From Candidatus Micrarchaeota archaeon (GTDB lineage Archaea > Micrarchaeota > Micrarchaeia > Anstonellales > Bilamarchaeaceae), in contig JBDRCX010000006.1 in the NCBI GenBank assembly GCA_043821365.1, positions 356,113-420,112 of the forward strand: a DNA stretch of 64,000 nt. The letters run 5' to 3'. Below, one piece after another: positions 1-9,792 of the stretch (position 1 is the first letter of the stretch; every line of letters starts with the position of its first letter). The notes below the pieces were generated by a model. It saw only the letters and a list, made by a program, of their open reading frames with translations, searched no databases and was not told the origin of the DNA. Made by a program: the position numbers and the translations under genes.

Positions 1-2
1 CC

Positions 3-182
3 CAGCAATTAATCATTCCATTCGAGGGTCTTGGAAACTTATTCTTCGGTGCATTGGCAACAGCAGTTGCAATAATAGTTGCATTAACTGGATTTATCAT
101 TCCAATTGCAGTTGTTGTTATTGCACTGTGGGTTGTCTATAAAAGATTCAAGGGCAAAAGTCATACTTCGAAAACACGTTGA
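3..182 (+). CDS. partial CDS (3' end), membrane protein C-terminus
   Basis: Frame open from position 3 (QQLIIPFEGLGNLFFGALATAVAIIVALTGFIIPIAVVVIALWVVYKRFKG...) to TGA at 180-182; hydrophobic helix then basic tail. Confidence 0.6.
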   Translation, partial: QQLIIPFEGLGNLFFGALATAVAIIVALTGFIIPIAVVVIALWVVYKRFKGKSHTSKTR

Positions 183-487
183 TTTCCAGCTTCGACTTCA
201 ACCATAAGTTTTATTGGTTTTTTCGAAGTAGGAAAAACAAAATCTATCTGTTGCCCTCTTCTTATTCTTTTTCTTTCAAAAACCATCTGTTCTCCACTAA
301 CCCATATTTTAACTACCACTCTATCGATATTCTTTTTGGCAGTTATGGTTAGGCAGGTGTTTTTCCCCTCTAATTTTTTCTTGTATTTGAATGGTTTTAA
401 TGATATGGAAAAAAGTATTATCACTATGATGAGAGCAAGAACAAGCCCACCATTACACAGAAGTATGGTTATCTCATCTTCCATCAA
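161..487 (-). CDS. hypothetical protein, N-terminal TM anchor
   Basis: 108 aa ORF coupled to upstream PIN gene; one hydrophobic helix then beta-rich domain. Confidence 0.65.
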   Translation of the reverse strand: MMEDEITILLCNGGLVLALIIVIILFSISLKPFKYKKKLEGKNTCLTITAKKNIDRVVVKIWVSGEQMVFERKRIRRGQQIDFVFPTSKKPIKLMVEVEAGNQRVFEV

Positions 488-873
488 ACATACCCTAGTT
501 TAGATTTTGATTTCATAGTTATTGCCTTTATCCTTGCTTCTCTCAGTCGTTTTCTTAATTTACTATCATTTGTGCATACAATCGCATTGAAAGTCTTGGC
601 ATACTCTACTATCCAATCATCAACATAATCATTATTTTCAACTATGGTTATCTTTTTGCTATTTGCAACAACAAGCTTCAAAGCAAGTCTTGCGGCCATC
701 CCATCTTTACCAATGCGCTTACCAAGAGTTTCCAACTCAGTTATTGTTCTTGACGATATCACATAGTTGTGACTAATCTCAATAAGATAATCCAATTCTC
801 TGAAAATGTCTATTTTAAACTGGAAGGGAATAAGAAGAAAGTTAGTATCTAATATCACTGGTCGTTGGGACAT
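484..873 (-). CDS. PIN-domain ribonuclease (Fcf1/Utp24-like)
   Basis: VILDTNFL, TITELE, VDDWI and VCTND.KL PIN motifs. Confidence 0.85.
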   Translation of the reverse strand: MSQRPVILDTNFLLIPFQFKIDIFRELDYLIEISHNYVISSRTITELETLGKRIGKDGMAARLALKLVVANSKKITIVENNDYVDDWIVEYAKTFNAIVCTNDSKLRKRLREARIKAITMKSKSKLGYV

Positions 874-907
874 GATTAGCAGACTTCCTCTAACAATATA
901 AACTTTA

Positions 908-1300
908 TTATTTTATACCAAGAACCTCTCTTACTTTATCAGTGTCATTTGCTGAGGGGCATATTGCAACTTCTGTGTAATCTTGTTTTTTACTAACAAT
1001 ATAAACACTTTCAAGGCTTATACCTCGGTTTGCCAATTTTCTAGTAACTTTGCCCAGTTCACCTGGTCTATTTATCATCTTATATACTATAGTTTCTGCC
1101 TCGCTTATCCTGAACTGTGGCGATTTTGACAATGCTTTAGTTGCAGTTGCAACGTCGTTAGTCAACACTCTAAAAATTGCATTATTCTGTGAGCCGTATG
1201 CTGCTATGGCTTCTATATTTACTCCAACTGAACCAAGTATCTCAGCAACAGCTGCCAATGATCCAACTTCGTTGTTTGCCACTATAGTTATCTCTTTCAT
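908..1300 (-). CDS. tandem ACT-domain protein
   Basis: Two ACT repeats (NEVGSLAAVAEIL..GVNIEA; NRPGELGKVTRKLA.RGISLES). Confidence 0.85.
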   Translation of the reverse strand: MKEITIVANNEVGSLAAVAEILGSVGVNIEAIAAYGSQNNAIFRVLTNDVATATKALSKSPQFRISEAETIVYKMINRPGELGKVTRKLANRGISLESVYIVSKKQDYTEVAICPSANDTDKVREVLGIK

Positions 1301-1360
1301 TTCACCACCCTATCCATTATTTAACTCAAAATTAAATAATCTTCTCTTGTCAATCAGATT

Positions 1361-1675
1361 ATGGGCCTTAAGCAGAATATACTTGGCAAGCTTAGTGAAG
1401 TTAATGATCCTGAGCTTGGAATAAATATTGTTGATCTAGGGCTCATATACTCAGTTGATGTGAAAAGAAAAAAGAAAGATGAGCAGCAGAAAGTCTTTAT
1501 CAAAATGACATTTACTACACCTGCGTGCCCACTGATTAATGATATTCTTAATGAAATAAAAACAAAACTTGACGAGTTTAAGGAATTGGATATTGAGATC
1601 TCAGTTGTTTTTGATCCTCCTTGGACACCTGATATGCTATCTAGTCGTGCAAAAATACAATTAGGGATGGTATGA
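1361..1675 (+). CDS. DUF59/SufT-like Fe-S cluster assembly factor
   Basis: DPELGINIVDLGLIY, MTFTTPACP and FDPPWTPD motifs. Confidence 0.9.
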   Translation: MGLKQNILGKLSEVNDPELGINIVDLGLIYSVDVKRKKKDEQQKVFIKMTFTTPACPLINDILNEIKTKLDEFKELDIEISVVFDPPWTPDMLSSRAKIQLGMV

Positions 1676-1712
1676 TGTTTATCATCTTCAAAGAGAATAA
1701 GAGGCTGGTCTA

Positions 1713-3014
1713 ATGATGTTAACATTTTATGGTGGTGCACAGGAAGTTGGTAGAGTTTGCATGCTTTTAGAAGAAAACCACAAAAATCTGCTTTTAGATT
1801 GCGGTATCAAACTCGGAGAAACAACCGAATATCCTCTTATTGATGATTCCGAACTATCAAAAATAAAAAACATTTCAATTTCTCATGCCCACCTAGATCA
1901 TAGTGGTTATTTGCCACATGTATACTCAAAAAAAGCACGACCAAAGATATTCATGACAAAACCAACCAGAGATCTTGTTGGTGTATTGTTGGCTGATTAC
2001 CATCGTATACAGGCAGCCAAGCATGAAGGTAAGCGTCTTTTTAGTTCAAAGGATGTTGAGGGGGTTATGCAGGATGCTAATATGGTGGAGTACAATACGC
2101 ATTTTCAGGCTGGTTTTAAGCTTTGTTTCCACTCTGCTGGCCATATAATGGGCAGTGCGATGACCATGATCGAAAATGCCAATAAAAAAATACTTTTTAG
2201 TGGGGACATATGTATGCGTAAAACCCGTATCCTTGATTCTTGTGAAAGAGGATTACGGTCAGACATTCTAATAGTTGAAAACACATATGGTTCAAGAGGC
2301 GATGCCATACCGAGTTATAGGGAAAGCTATCAGAAGCTCATCACCATAATAAAAGAAACCCTAGATAAGGGCGGACACGTAATAATCCCAAGCTTTGCAG
2401 TTGGTAGGGCACAGGAGGTTCTTCTTGCTCTGGATGATTATATGCGTTCAGGCGCAATACCGAAAACAAAGATATTTATCGACGGGATGATTGGAAAGGC
2501 AATGAAAATTTATCGCCATAATGCTATCTATGCTAATGATGATATCAAAAGAAGGATTTTGATGAGTGAGGATGACCCTTTCAAAAGTCCCAATTTCCAC
2601 CATCCTCGTTCTAAAACTCGTGAAGATGTCCTGAAGGAGCCATGCATAATAGTCACTACCTCAGGGATGCTTTCTGGAGGTCCTGTGCTGTTTTATTTGG
2701 AGAAACTTGCAGGAAACCCAAGAAATGCAATTGTTTTTGTTGGTTATCAAGCTGAGGGCACCACAGGTAGCAAGGTCATTCAAAATGAGAAAAAAATACA
2801 AATTTACGACAAAGAGATTGAACTAAAATTAAGAGTGGAAAGCATACGTCTTTCTGGTCATGCAGATTTTAATGAACTAACACAATACTGCAGATCAATC
2901 AAAGGTCTAAAGAAAATCTTCCTTATGCATGGTGAAAAATCAGAATTGAAAGAAGTGCTGGATAATGATTATGAAGTCATAATTCCAAGACAATTAGAAA
3001 CATATTCTATTTAG
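1713..3014 (+). CDS. beta-CASP metallo-beta-lactamase RNase without KH domains (aCPSF1b/aCPSF2-like)
   Basis: GGAQEVGR, SHAHLDHSG, AGHIMGS, ENTYG, FAVGRAQE and SGHAD motifs. Confidence 0.9.
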   Translation: MMLTFYGGAQEVGRVCMLLEENHKNLLLDCGIKLGETTEYPLIDDSELSKIKNISISHAHLDHSGYLPHVYSKKARPKIFMTKPTRDLVGVLLADYHRIQAAKHEGKRLFSSKDVEGVMQDANMVEYNTHFQAGFKLCFHSAGHIMGSAMTMIENANKKILFSGDICMRKTRILDSCERGLRSDILIVENTYGSRGDAIPSYRESYQKLITIIKETLDKGGHVIIPSFAVGRAQEVLLALDDYMRSGAIPKTKIFIDGMIGKAMKIYRHNAIYANDDIKRRILMSEDDPFKSPNFHHPRSKTREDVLKEPCIIVTTSGMLSGGPVLFYLEKLAGNPRNAIVFVGYQAEGTTGSKVIQNEKKIQIYDKEIELKLRVESIRLSGHADFNELTQYCRSIKGLKKIFLMHGEKSELKEVLDNDYEVIIPRQLETYSI

Positions 3015-3715
3015 ATTTTCATTTTTTCATACAATTCATTCAATTTTTTTTCGTCGATAAATTCCAAAAGACGATTACAACGATCACAGCGGAAATCAAT
3101 TCCAGCTGCAGATTCAAAATTTGTTATACTTGATGCCCCACAAGAAGGACAAAAATAATGGTCAGAATTTTCATTCAGTCCAATCCTGCTTGTTTGTATG
3201 GTTGCCCATTTTTCAATTTTATCATGATTCAAAGACCAACTATACGAATACCATCCAGTTTCACTGTCTTTTTCACGAATATAATTAACCAAACCCTCGT
3301 TATGTAATTTATTGAGGGTTGCTCTAACGTCACTAATTCTTATCTTAAGCTTTTTTGCCAAATCTTCGTCACTGTTGTTCCCATAGAAGCTTTTAACCAT
3401 GGAGAGTGCATTTTCCCCTCCTATTTCTATGAGTGTTTGTCTAATTCCTGCATCACTAAGTATTTTTATGACTTTTGACATTCTTTTCTGTTCTTCATGC
3501 TGTTTAAGCTTTAACAAATCTTGTGCAGCTTTTTTTGCTGCCCTCTCTAAAGCTATCTTCGATGGTTTCTTTAGTGCTATTTTCACTGATTTTTTCTTCA
3601 AGACCACTCTTTTTGCAGTTTTTTTCTTTAAAACTACTTTCTTTACAGTTGCCTTTTTTGGCTTTGTAACAGCCTTCTTTTTAGAAGTATTTTTCTTATT
3701 TTTTTTGATCGCCAC
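3011..3715 (-). CDS. tfe: transcription factor E alpha (TFE) with Lys-rich N-terminal extension
   Basis: wHTH (DEDLAKKL..VRATLNKLHNEGLVNY.REKD.ETGWYSYSW) plus CxxC..CxxC Zn ribbon; GTG start after GGGTGA. Confidence 0.85.
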   Translation of the reverse strand: MAIKKNKKNTSKKKAVTKPKKATVKKVVLKKKTAKRVVLKKKSVKIALKKPSKIALERAAKKAAQDLLKLKQHEEQKRMSKVIKILSDAGIRQTLIEIGGENALSMVKSFYGNNSDEDLAKKLKIRISDVRATLNKLHNEGLVNYIREKDSETGWYSYSWSLNHDKIEKWATIQTSRIGLNENSDHYFCPSCGASSITNFESAAGIDFRCDRCNRLLEFIDEKKLNELYEKMKI

Positions 3716-3783
3716 ACTATCACCCTTTTTTCAACAGAACTTATTAATTACGCATTTTTTATATATAAACCTTTGCTTTTTAG

Positions 3784-4962
3784 TTATTTTTTATGAGAAT
3801 AAGTGTTTTCAATCTTTTTATATATATCGATGGTTGCTCCTATGCTTTTCTCTATGGAGTACTCTTTTGCACGGATTTTAGCAGCTTTTGACATTTTTTT
3901 TCTAAGTGTTCCATTATTCAAGAGCATTTCCATTGCATTGGCAAGATCATCAATATTATCTGGTTCCACCAACAACCCTGTTTTTCCATGTAATATTATC
4001 TCTTTTGGTCCCAATCTCTTTACGCCTATTGTTGGTAGACCCAGAGACATAGCTTCTACAAATGTTAGGCCAAATGTTTCACTATTCGAAGCTGATACAA
4101 ATATGTTTCCACATGCATAAGCAGTTCCAATCTCCTTTGCATCCAAGAAACCAGTGAAAATTATGTTTTCTATCCTCAGACTCACTGCCATTTCTTTGAA
4201 TTTTTTCAGATAGGGCCCACCACCAGCAACCACGAGGATTCTATCTTCTTTTTCTATTTTTTTGTATGCCTCTAATAGAATGTCTATATTTTTTTCAAAA
4301 CTGACTCTACCTAGGTATATTAGTATTTTTTTGTTATCTGGTATGTTGTGTTTTTTTCTAAACCTATTTAACTGTTCTTTTGTGTATCTGAGTTTTTTGA
4401 AATCAATTCCATTTGGGAGGTGAGTTACTTGTTTAAGTCCGTAGGATTCAAGTTCTTTTACTAATTCTGTTGTTGGAGCAGTTACAACATCTACTCTTTT
4501 GAAAACATGATTTATCATTTTTTTTACTGCTGTTTTACTTATACTATCAAATACTTCTGGTAGTTTTCCACTAAGTAAATGCGGGATATAATCAGGGAAA
4601 TGTGTGTGGTATGTGGCTATTGTAGGTATTTTCTTCTGTTTTGCTGCTAAGAGTCCCTGCAATCCAAGGTTTATCGGCGCATGTGCATGAACAACATCAG
4701 GGAGTTCTTTTTCTAAAATATCGCTTATTCTTTTGTAATTCATCGATGCTACTCTGTAGCCATCATAGAATGGAAATGGTGATGAAGGTATCCAATATAT
4801 TTTGAAGTTTTTTGTTTTTTTCTGGATTTTGAGGGTATTCTCTCCGGGGGCAAAAAGTATTATTTCATTTTTCTTCGAGATTTCTTTTATTGCATCATTC
4901 AGATATATAGCCACTCCGTTGAGTTGTGGCAAGTATGTATCAGTGAAAAACGCAATCTTCAT
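3784..4962 (-). CDS. GT4 family glycosyltransferase
   Basis: MKIAFFTDTYLPQLNGVA, LGRVSFEKNI and SETFGLTFVEAM motifs. Confidence 0.9.
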   Translation of the reverse strand: MKIAFFTDTYLPQLNGVAIYLNDAIKEISKKNEIILFAPGENTLKIQKKTKNFKIYWIPSSPFPFYDGYRVASMNYKRISDILEKELPDVVHAHAPINLGLQGLLAAKQKKIPTIATYHTHFPDYIPHLLSGKLPEVFDSISKTAVKKMINHVFKRVDVVTAPTTELVKELESYGLKQVTHLPNGIDFKKLRYTKEQLNRFRKKHNIPDNKKILIYLGRVSFEKNIDILLEAYKKIEKEDRILVVAGGGPYLKKFKEMAVSLRIENIIFTGFLDAKEIGTAYACGNIFVSASNSETFGLTFVEAMSLGLPTIGVKRLGPKEIILHGKTGLLVEPDNIDDLANAMEMLLNNGTLRKKMSKAAKIRAKEYSIEKSIGATIDIYKKIENTYSHKK

Positions 4963-5000
4963 TATGAAAACCCTCTACAAACTAAAATATAAAAAGAAAA

Positions 5001-6380
5001 TTAATTAGGTATTGGCGGTAATGGAATGGTGCCATTTGCTGTTCCATTTTGCAATTCTATAATGTATTTGACAAAGTCTATTGTGGAATTTACAAGCCCA
5101 AATATGTACTCTGGATCCATCCCAGTCGCATTTGTATAATTGTAGTTTATACATTCAAATGCCATCGTTTGGTTCTGTATGTAACTACAGTAGGTGGTGT
5201 TTTTGTGGTATGTTGCCTGCATCATGTTGCAACTGTCTTTGCTGTTTACATCTGTCATAGTATCGCAGATATTCTGTTCTTGTTGAATAGTAACTCCAGC
5301 TGCGGTATCACAATCCTCAAGTTTGCTTGAATTGATTATCATACTACAATAGCTTTGATTTTTGTATACACCTGCCAATTCTATGTAACAATTATCCTTG
5401 TATCCACTATCACTTATCAAAGTGCAAATTGTCGTATCTTTTGTTGTTAGCACTAACGATATTAAACAAAGATCTCTTCTTTGTCCCGCTGAATCACACA
5501 AATCTTTTCTTTTAAGTACGAGTGCCAGGTCCATTATGCATTTGTCCCTATCATTTCCTTCTTTTTCTATATAACATTTTACTAAGTTGGTGTACTGTCC
5601 CCGTTCATTGTAAAGAATTGAAGTTATACTCTCTACTAAAGTAGATGGTTTTGTTATATTCGCCCCGCTATCTTTGAATGTTGCTTGTATCTCATAGGTG
5701 TGTATTCTACCATTTAGGGAGTAATTAAAATATTTATTATAAACCATACCTGTTTGGTTGTCTATGCACATTCTCCAGTTGAATTTTTTTGGTGAATTTG
5801 AGGATATACCAAACCTCGCAGCATCATTGAGAGAGATACTTGAAAAATCTATTTCGTAACTGATTTCTTCGCATTCATTTCCGTTTATGGTTGTTGTTTC
5901 CATACTAGCATCAAGATTAAGGTAATTGTTCTCAATCAAATATGTAATGTCGTTTTTGTTTTTCTCTATTATCAAATCATTGAAGAATTTTGATGATAAA
6001 GATTCAACATAATTTTGAAGATCTAGATCTTCATTTACATATGCACAGCTTTCATTTGCAGTGAGGGGATATTTTATGCACATTATGGTTTCATTTGTGA
6101 AGAAGAATGCTCTCTTGATTGACAATGGATTCTGGACAACTATACTTCTATTATCATAGTTCTTTTCTAACAGATATTCTGTTTTATATCCATCTGCAAT
6201 TTCAGTATAAGAGAACACATAATCATTTTCTCCGAGTCCAAATCGCATTCCTTTCAAAAGCAGTTCTTCTGCAGCTGTAGTATCCTCAGGTATTAATGGT
6301 TGCTGCATTGCAACTGTAAAATAAATTGCTATGATCGCTAGTACTGCAACAACCATAATTACTATCTTTTGATATCCCAT
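5001..6380 (-). CDS. membrane-anchored surface protein with Cys-rich repeats
   Basis: N-terminal TM helix; C-terminal repeats D-x-C-x3-LA...C-x2-I; many N-x-S/T sequons. Confidence 0.7.
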   Translation of the reverse strand: MGYQKIVIMVVAVLAIIAIYFTVAMQQPLIPEDTTAAEELLLKGMRFGLGENDYVFSYTEIADGYKTEYLLEKNYDNRSIVVQNPLSIKRAFFFTNETIMCIKYPLTANESCAYVNEDLDLQNYVESLSSKFFNDLIIEKNKNDITYLIENNYLNLDASMETTTINGNECEEISYEIDFSSISLNDAARFGISSNSPKKFNWRMCIDNQTGMVYNKYFNYSLNGRIHTYEIQATFKDSGANITKPSTLVESITSILYNERGQYTNLVKCYIEKEGNDRDKCIMDLALVLKRKDLCDSAGQRRDLCLISLVLTTKDTTICTLISDSGYKDNCYIELAGVYKNQSYCSMIINSSKLEDCDTAAGVTIQQEQNICDTMTDVNSKDSCNMMQATYHKNTTYCSYIQNQTMAFECINYNYTNATGMDPEYIFGLVNSTIDFVKYIIELQNGTANGTIPLPPIPN

Positions 6381-6445
6381 TTATTCACCTTAATTGCTAA
6401 CATGTAGAAAATAATCCTTATTAAGTATTCCTACGAATTCTATTT

Positions 6446-6994
6446 ATGAATCTTGTGCCAAAATACGTTTTTTTTACTAAGGGGGTTGGGAAAAGTAGCG
6501 AACAATTAACTTCTTTTGAATTTGCTTTACGTGATGCCGGCATTGCACCATACAATATAGTTACTGTATCAAGCATACTGCCTCCAAACGCGAAAATAAT
6601 TCCGAGAAATGAAGGTCTCAAATTATTAAAGCCAGGCCAGATTCTTTTTGTGGTGATGTCACGGTTAGCATCAAATGAACCTAATCGTCTTCTATCCGCT
6701 TCAATTGGTTGTGCCATACCTTCGAATAGAAACAAGTATGGTTATCTAAGTGAACATCATTCATTTGGTCAAACCGAGGAGAAGGCAGGTGATTATGCAG
6801 AAGACCTGGCAGCGTCGATGCTTGCATCAACAATAGGCATGGAATTTGATCCAGACAAAGCATGGAACGAGAGAGAACAATATTTCAAAATGAGTGGGCA
6901 GATAGTTAGAACAAGAAATGTTACTCAATCTGCTATCTGTGACAAACATGGGAAATGGACATCTGCTATTGCAGCTGCTGTATTGATATTATAA
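6446..6994 (+). CDS. pdaD: pyruvoyl-dependent arginine decarboxylase
   Basis: SFEFALRDAGI.PYNIVTVSSILPP self-cleavage motif; GYLSEHHSFG. Confidence 0.9.
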   Translation: MNLVPKYVFFTKGVGKSSEQLTSFEFALRDAGIAPYNIVTVSSILPPNAKIIPRNEGLKLLKPGQILFVVMSRLASNEPNRLLSASIGCAIPSNRNKYGYLSEHHSFGQTEEKAGDYAEDLAASMLASTIGMEFDPDKAWNEREQYFKMSGQIVRTRNVTQSAICDKHGKWTSAIAAAVLIL

Positions 6995-7022
6995 TAATAT
7001 CTATATAACATAAAATCATTCG

Positions 7023-7460
7023 GTGATGTTGATGGGTTTATTAGATTCTATTCTTGGAAAAGATTCTTCTGTTGAAGCGCCACCAAAGGCATCTTCCAAT
7101 CCATTTAGTATTTCTATTGGGTTTGTACCTTTACGTCTCTCAGCACACAACAAAAGTTCTGTTGATCTTGTTGTCAAGATAAAAAATACCTCACATTCCC
7201 CACAAATGGTTTCTGTTGACGTACTTCTCCCAAAGGCAACAATGCTTGGTTTTGATCCTGCCTGCATAAACAAGGCTGCAGAAAAAAGATTGGGCGAATT
7301 GCAACCAGGGGATACAGTGGAAGCGCATCTCACCATGTGGTCAAATAATCAAACAAAACAAGGTAACTATCCAATTGAAGTTTCAGTTTATTCTCACTAT
7401 ATCAATTATGACAAAGTTCTCAATTATGTAAAGAAGAACACGAGTATTAGGGCAGTCTAA
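7023..7460 (+). CDS. hypothetical Ig-like beta-sandwich protein
   Basis: 145 aa with V.IKN, LGELQPGD and G.YPI.V patterns. Confidence 0.6.
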   Translation: MMLMGLLDSILGKDSSVEAPPKASSNPFSISIGFVPLRLSAHNKSSVDLVVKIKNTSHSPQMVSVDVLLPKATMLGFDPACINKAAEKRLGELQPGDTVEAHLTMWSNNQTKQGNYPIEVSVYSHYINYDKVLNYVKKNTSIRAV

Positions 7461-7717
7461 TCTTCTGTTGCATTCTTGAATTCTTCTATTGTATTAGCTA
7501 GTTTCATTCCAGATTCAGTTAGTTTTACTATTCTCTTTTTACCCTTTTGATCTATTGTGACTAAACCGCCTTTTTGTAATTTTGTTATTAATTTTGTCAC
7601 ATATACGTAGGTCGTATCTGTGCTCTTAGCAAGTTTCGAAAGGTGCCAACTAACTTCACTATCTTTTAGTGAAAGTAAGATCCTACATGGTTTTGGCCTG
7701 GCAAAAATTGCAAACAT
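7457..7717 (-). CDS. winged-helix transcriptional regulator
   Basis: LSKLAK.TDTTYVYV.KLI.KL..GLV...KGKKRIVKLTESG. Confidence 0.8.
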   Translation of the reverse strand: MFAIFARPKPCRILLSLKDSEVSWHLSKLAKSTDTTYVYVTKLITKLQKGGLVTIDQKGKKRIVKLTESGMKLANTIEEFKNATED

Positions 7718-7853
7718 GAGCCCCTATACGTTACGCTCTTTTTAAAACCTATCATTTTCGACGTTCTTCTGACGATAGGTTTATAAAATCTCTCTCAGTA
7801 GACGTCATAGAACTTATCAATGCTCCCGCGCGGGGGGCCAATAGGGTGACGAA

Positions 7854-8069
7854 ATGGGAACAAAAATTGGATCTGAAAGAATTTCGAGAGAAAATGGATA
7901 TCTGTACTATGTTGGTAAAGACGGCTTTGTTTGGGCAGCCCCAATGAAGCACAACAAAAGAGGCAGAAAAAAGAAAGTAGGAAGTGAAAGGGTCTCCAAG
8001 GAACAAGGCTTTATGTACTACCTTGGTAAAGACGGCTTTGTTTACAAAGCAAGATTGAAAAATTCCTAA
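7854..8069 (+). CDS. small basic protein made of two ~29 aa repeats
   Basis: KIGSERISRENGYLYYVGKDGFV and KVGSERVSKEQGFMYYLGKDGFV; SD GGGTGA upstream. Confidence 0.8.
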   Translation: MGTKIGSERISRENGYLYYVGKDGFVWAAPMKHNKRGRKKKVGSERVSKEQGFMYYLGKDGFVYKARLKNS

Positions 8070-8217
8070 AATTTTTCTTCTTTTTTCTTTTCCTTATATT
8101 TTTTAAATCAACCTTATCCAAATCCATATAACTCGTTCTAGTCTGATGGCCATTGTCATAGGGATTAAGACGAAGAAAGTCGGGATCAGCGAAAGCTACT
8201 GACAAAAAGGTGAAAAA

Positions 8218-8604
8218 ATGCGTGTAGTAATATCGGAAAAATCTGGGAAAAGTTATCAGTTTGAACTTCCAAAAGAAAAGGAAGTAAACATTATCGGTAA
8301 GAAGATTGGAGAAGAACTCGACGGCAACCTTGTTGGGGCCGCTGGCTATGTTCTGAAACTTACTGGTGGAAGTGACGGCAGTGGGTTTCCTATGAAACAG
8401 GAAATTGCCGGGTCTGCAAAAAAACTTACACTTACTACTAATGGCGTTGGTTTCAAAGCAGAAAGAAATGGGGAAAGACGAAGAAAATATGCAAGAGGAA
8501 ACACTTATTCTGCTGAAATTGTGCAGGTGAATACCCAAGTAAAAAGCGAAGGACCAACCACACTTGATCAACTATTTCCAAAAATAGACAAGGAGAAGAA
8601 ATAA
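8218..8604 (+). CDS. rps6e: 30S ribosomal protein S6e
   Basis: LTGGSDGSGFPM and GERRRK.ARG motifs; adjacent to eIF2 gamma. Confidence 0.95.
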   Translation: MRVVISEKSGKSYQFELPKEKEVNIIGKKIGEELDGNLVGAAGYVLKLTGGSDGSGFPMKQEIAGSAKKLTLTTNGVGFKAERNGERRRKYARGNTYSAEIVQVNTQVKSEGPTTLDQLFPKIDKEKK

Positions 8605-9791
8605 TGCAAGCTGAAATGAATATTGGAATGTTAGGCCATGTTGATCATGGTAAAACAACACTGACAAAATCACTTACAGGTAAATGGACAGATACTCACA
8701 GCGAAGAACTCAAAAGAGGGATTTCAATTAGATTGGGGTATGCGGATGCGCACATTTATCATTGTACAAAATGTAAATTATATTTGACAAGTGAAAAATG
8801 TGGTTGCGGTGCCACAGCAAAATTATCCCGTAAAATCTCAATTGTTGATGCGCCTGGCCATGAAACTCTCATGACTATAGTGATTTCAGCAACTAGCATT
8901 CTTGATGGAGTTTTGTTTTTGATTGCTGCAAATGAACCATGCCCACAACCTCAAACAGCTGAACATCTTCTTGTTCTCAATTCAACTGGAATAAAGAACA
9001 TAATTATAGTACAGACAAAAATCGATCTCGTTACCAAGGAAAAAGCTCTTGAAAATTATAAACAAATAAAAACATTCGTTAAGGGTTCAGCTGCAGAAAA
9101 CGCTCCAATAATTCCAATATCTGCAAATGCTGGTCTAAATATCGACGTTCTTTTGAAAACAATAACTGAAGTTATGGAAAAACCAGCACATGATAAAAAA
9201 GCTGAATTAAGGATGTATGTGTCACGTTCATTTGATGTTAATAGGCCTGGTACTGAGATAAAAAATCTTCAGGGTGGAGTTCTCGGAGGCTCAGTTGTTC
9301 AGGGCGCTCTTAATGTAGGGGACGAAATTGAGATAAAACCTGGTATTGTTAAAAAAGAGGGTGGGAAGCTATCTACTGTATTCTGTTCTGTTCAAAGCAT
9401 GATGGAAGAAACAGAGTCTCTTAAAACTGCAGAACCAGGAGGACTTATTGCAGTTGCAACAACCCTTGACCCATCACTTACTAAATCAGACTCACTTGTT
9501 GGTTCTGTAATTGGTAAAAAAGGGGAAGTTCCTGATCCAGTAGATACTGTAAATGTAAAATATTCATTACTTAAGCGTACAGACATCCAGAATGTGCCTC
9601 TTAGGGAAAATGAAATGGTAGTTATAAATGTTCATACATCTACTGCAGTTGGTCTTTTGGTAAAACTTGCCAAAGGAATAGCAACAATAAAATTGAAGAA
9701 GCCAACTGTTGTTTACAAGGATATGCATGTGGCCATTTCAAGGAAAGTTGGACAACGATGGCGTCTTTCTGCATGGGGTAAAGTAGTCTGA
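8604..9791 (+). CDS. eif2g: translation initiation factor 2 gamma subunit
   Basis: GHVDHGKTTL, RGISIRLGYA, DAPGHE and RSFDVNRPG motifs. Confidence 0.95.
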   Translation: MQAEMNIGMLGHVDHGKTTLTKSLTGKWTDTHSEELKRGISIRLGYADAHIYHCTKCKLYLTSEKCGCGATAKLSRKISIVDAPGHETLMTIVISATSILDGVLFLIAANEPCPQPQTAEHLLVLNSTGIKNIIIVQTKIDLVTKEKALENYKQIKTFVKGSAAENAPIIPISANAGLNIDVLLKTITEVMEKPAHDKKAELRMYVSRSFDVNRPGTEIKNLQGGVLGGSVVQGALNVGDEIEIKPGIVKKEGGKLSTVFCSVQSMMEETESLKTAEPGGLIAVATTLDPSLTKSDSLVGSVIGKKGEVPDPVDTVNVKYSLLKRTDIQNVPLRENEMVVINVHTSTAVGLLVKLAKGIATIKLKKPTVVYKDMHVAISRKVGQRWRLSAWGKVV

Positions 9792-9792
9792 T

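Noticed and set aside
8143-8195. Hammerhead ribozyme (CTGATG...GAAA)
   Set aside because: Core reads CTGATGG rather than CTGANGA, and the three stems do not form.
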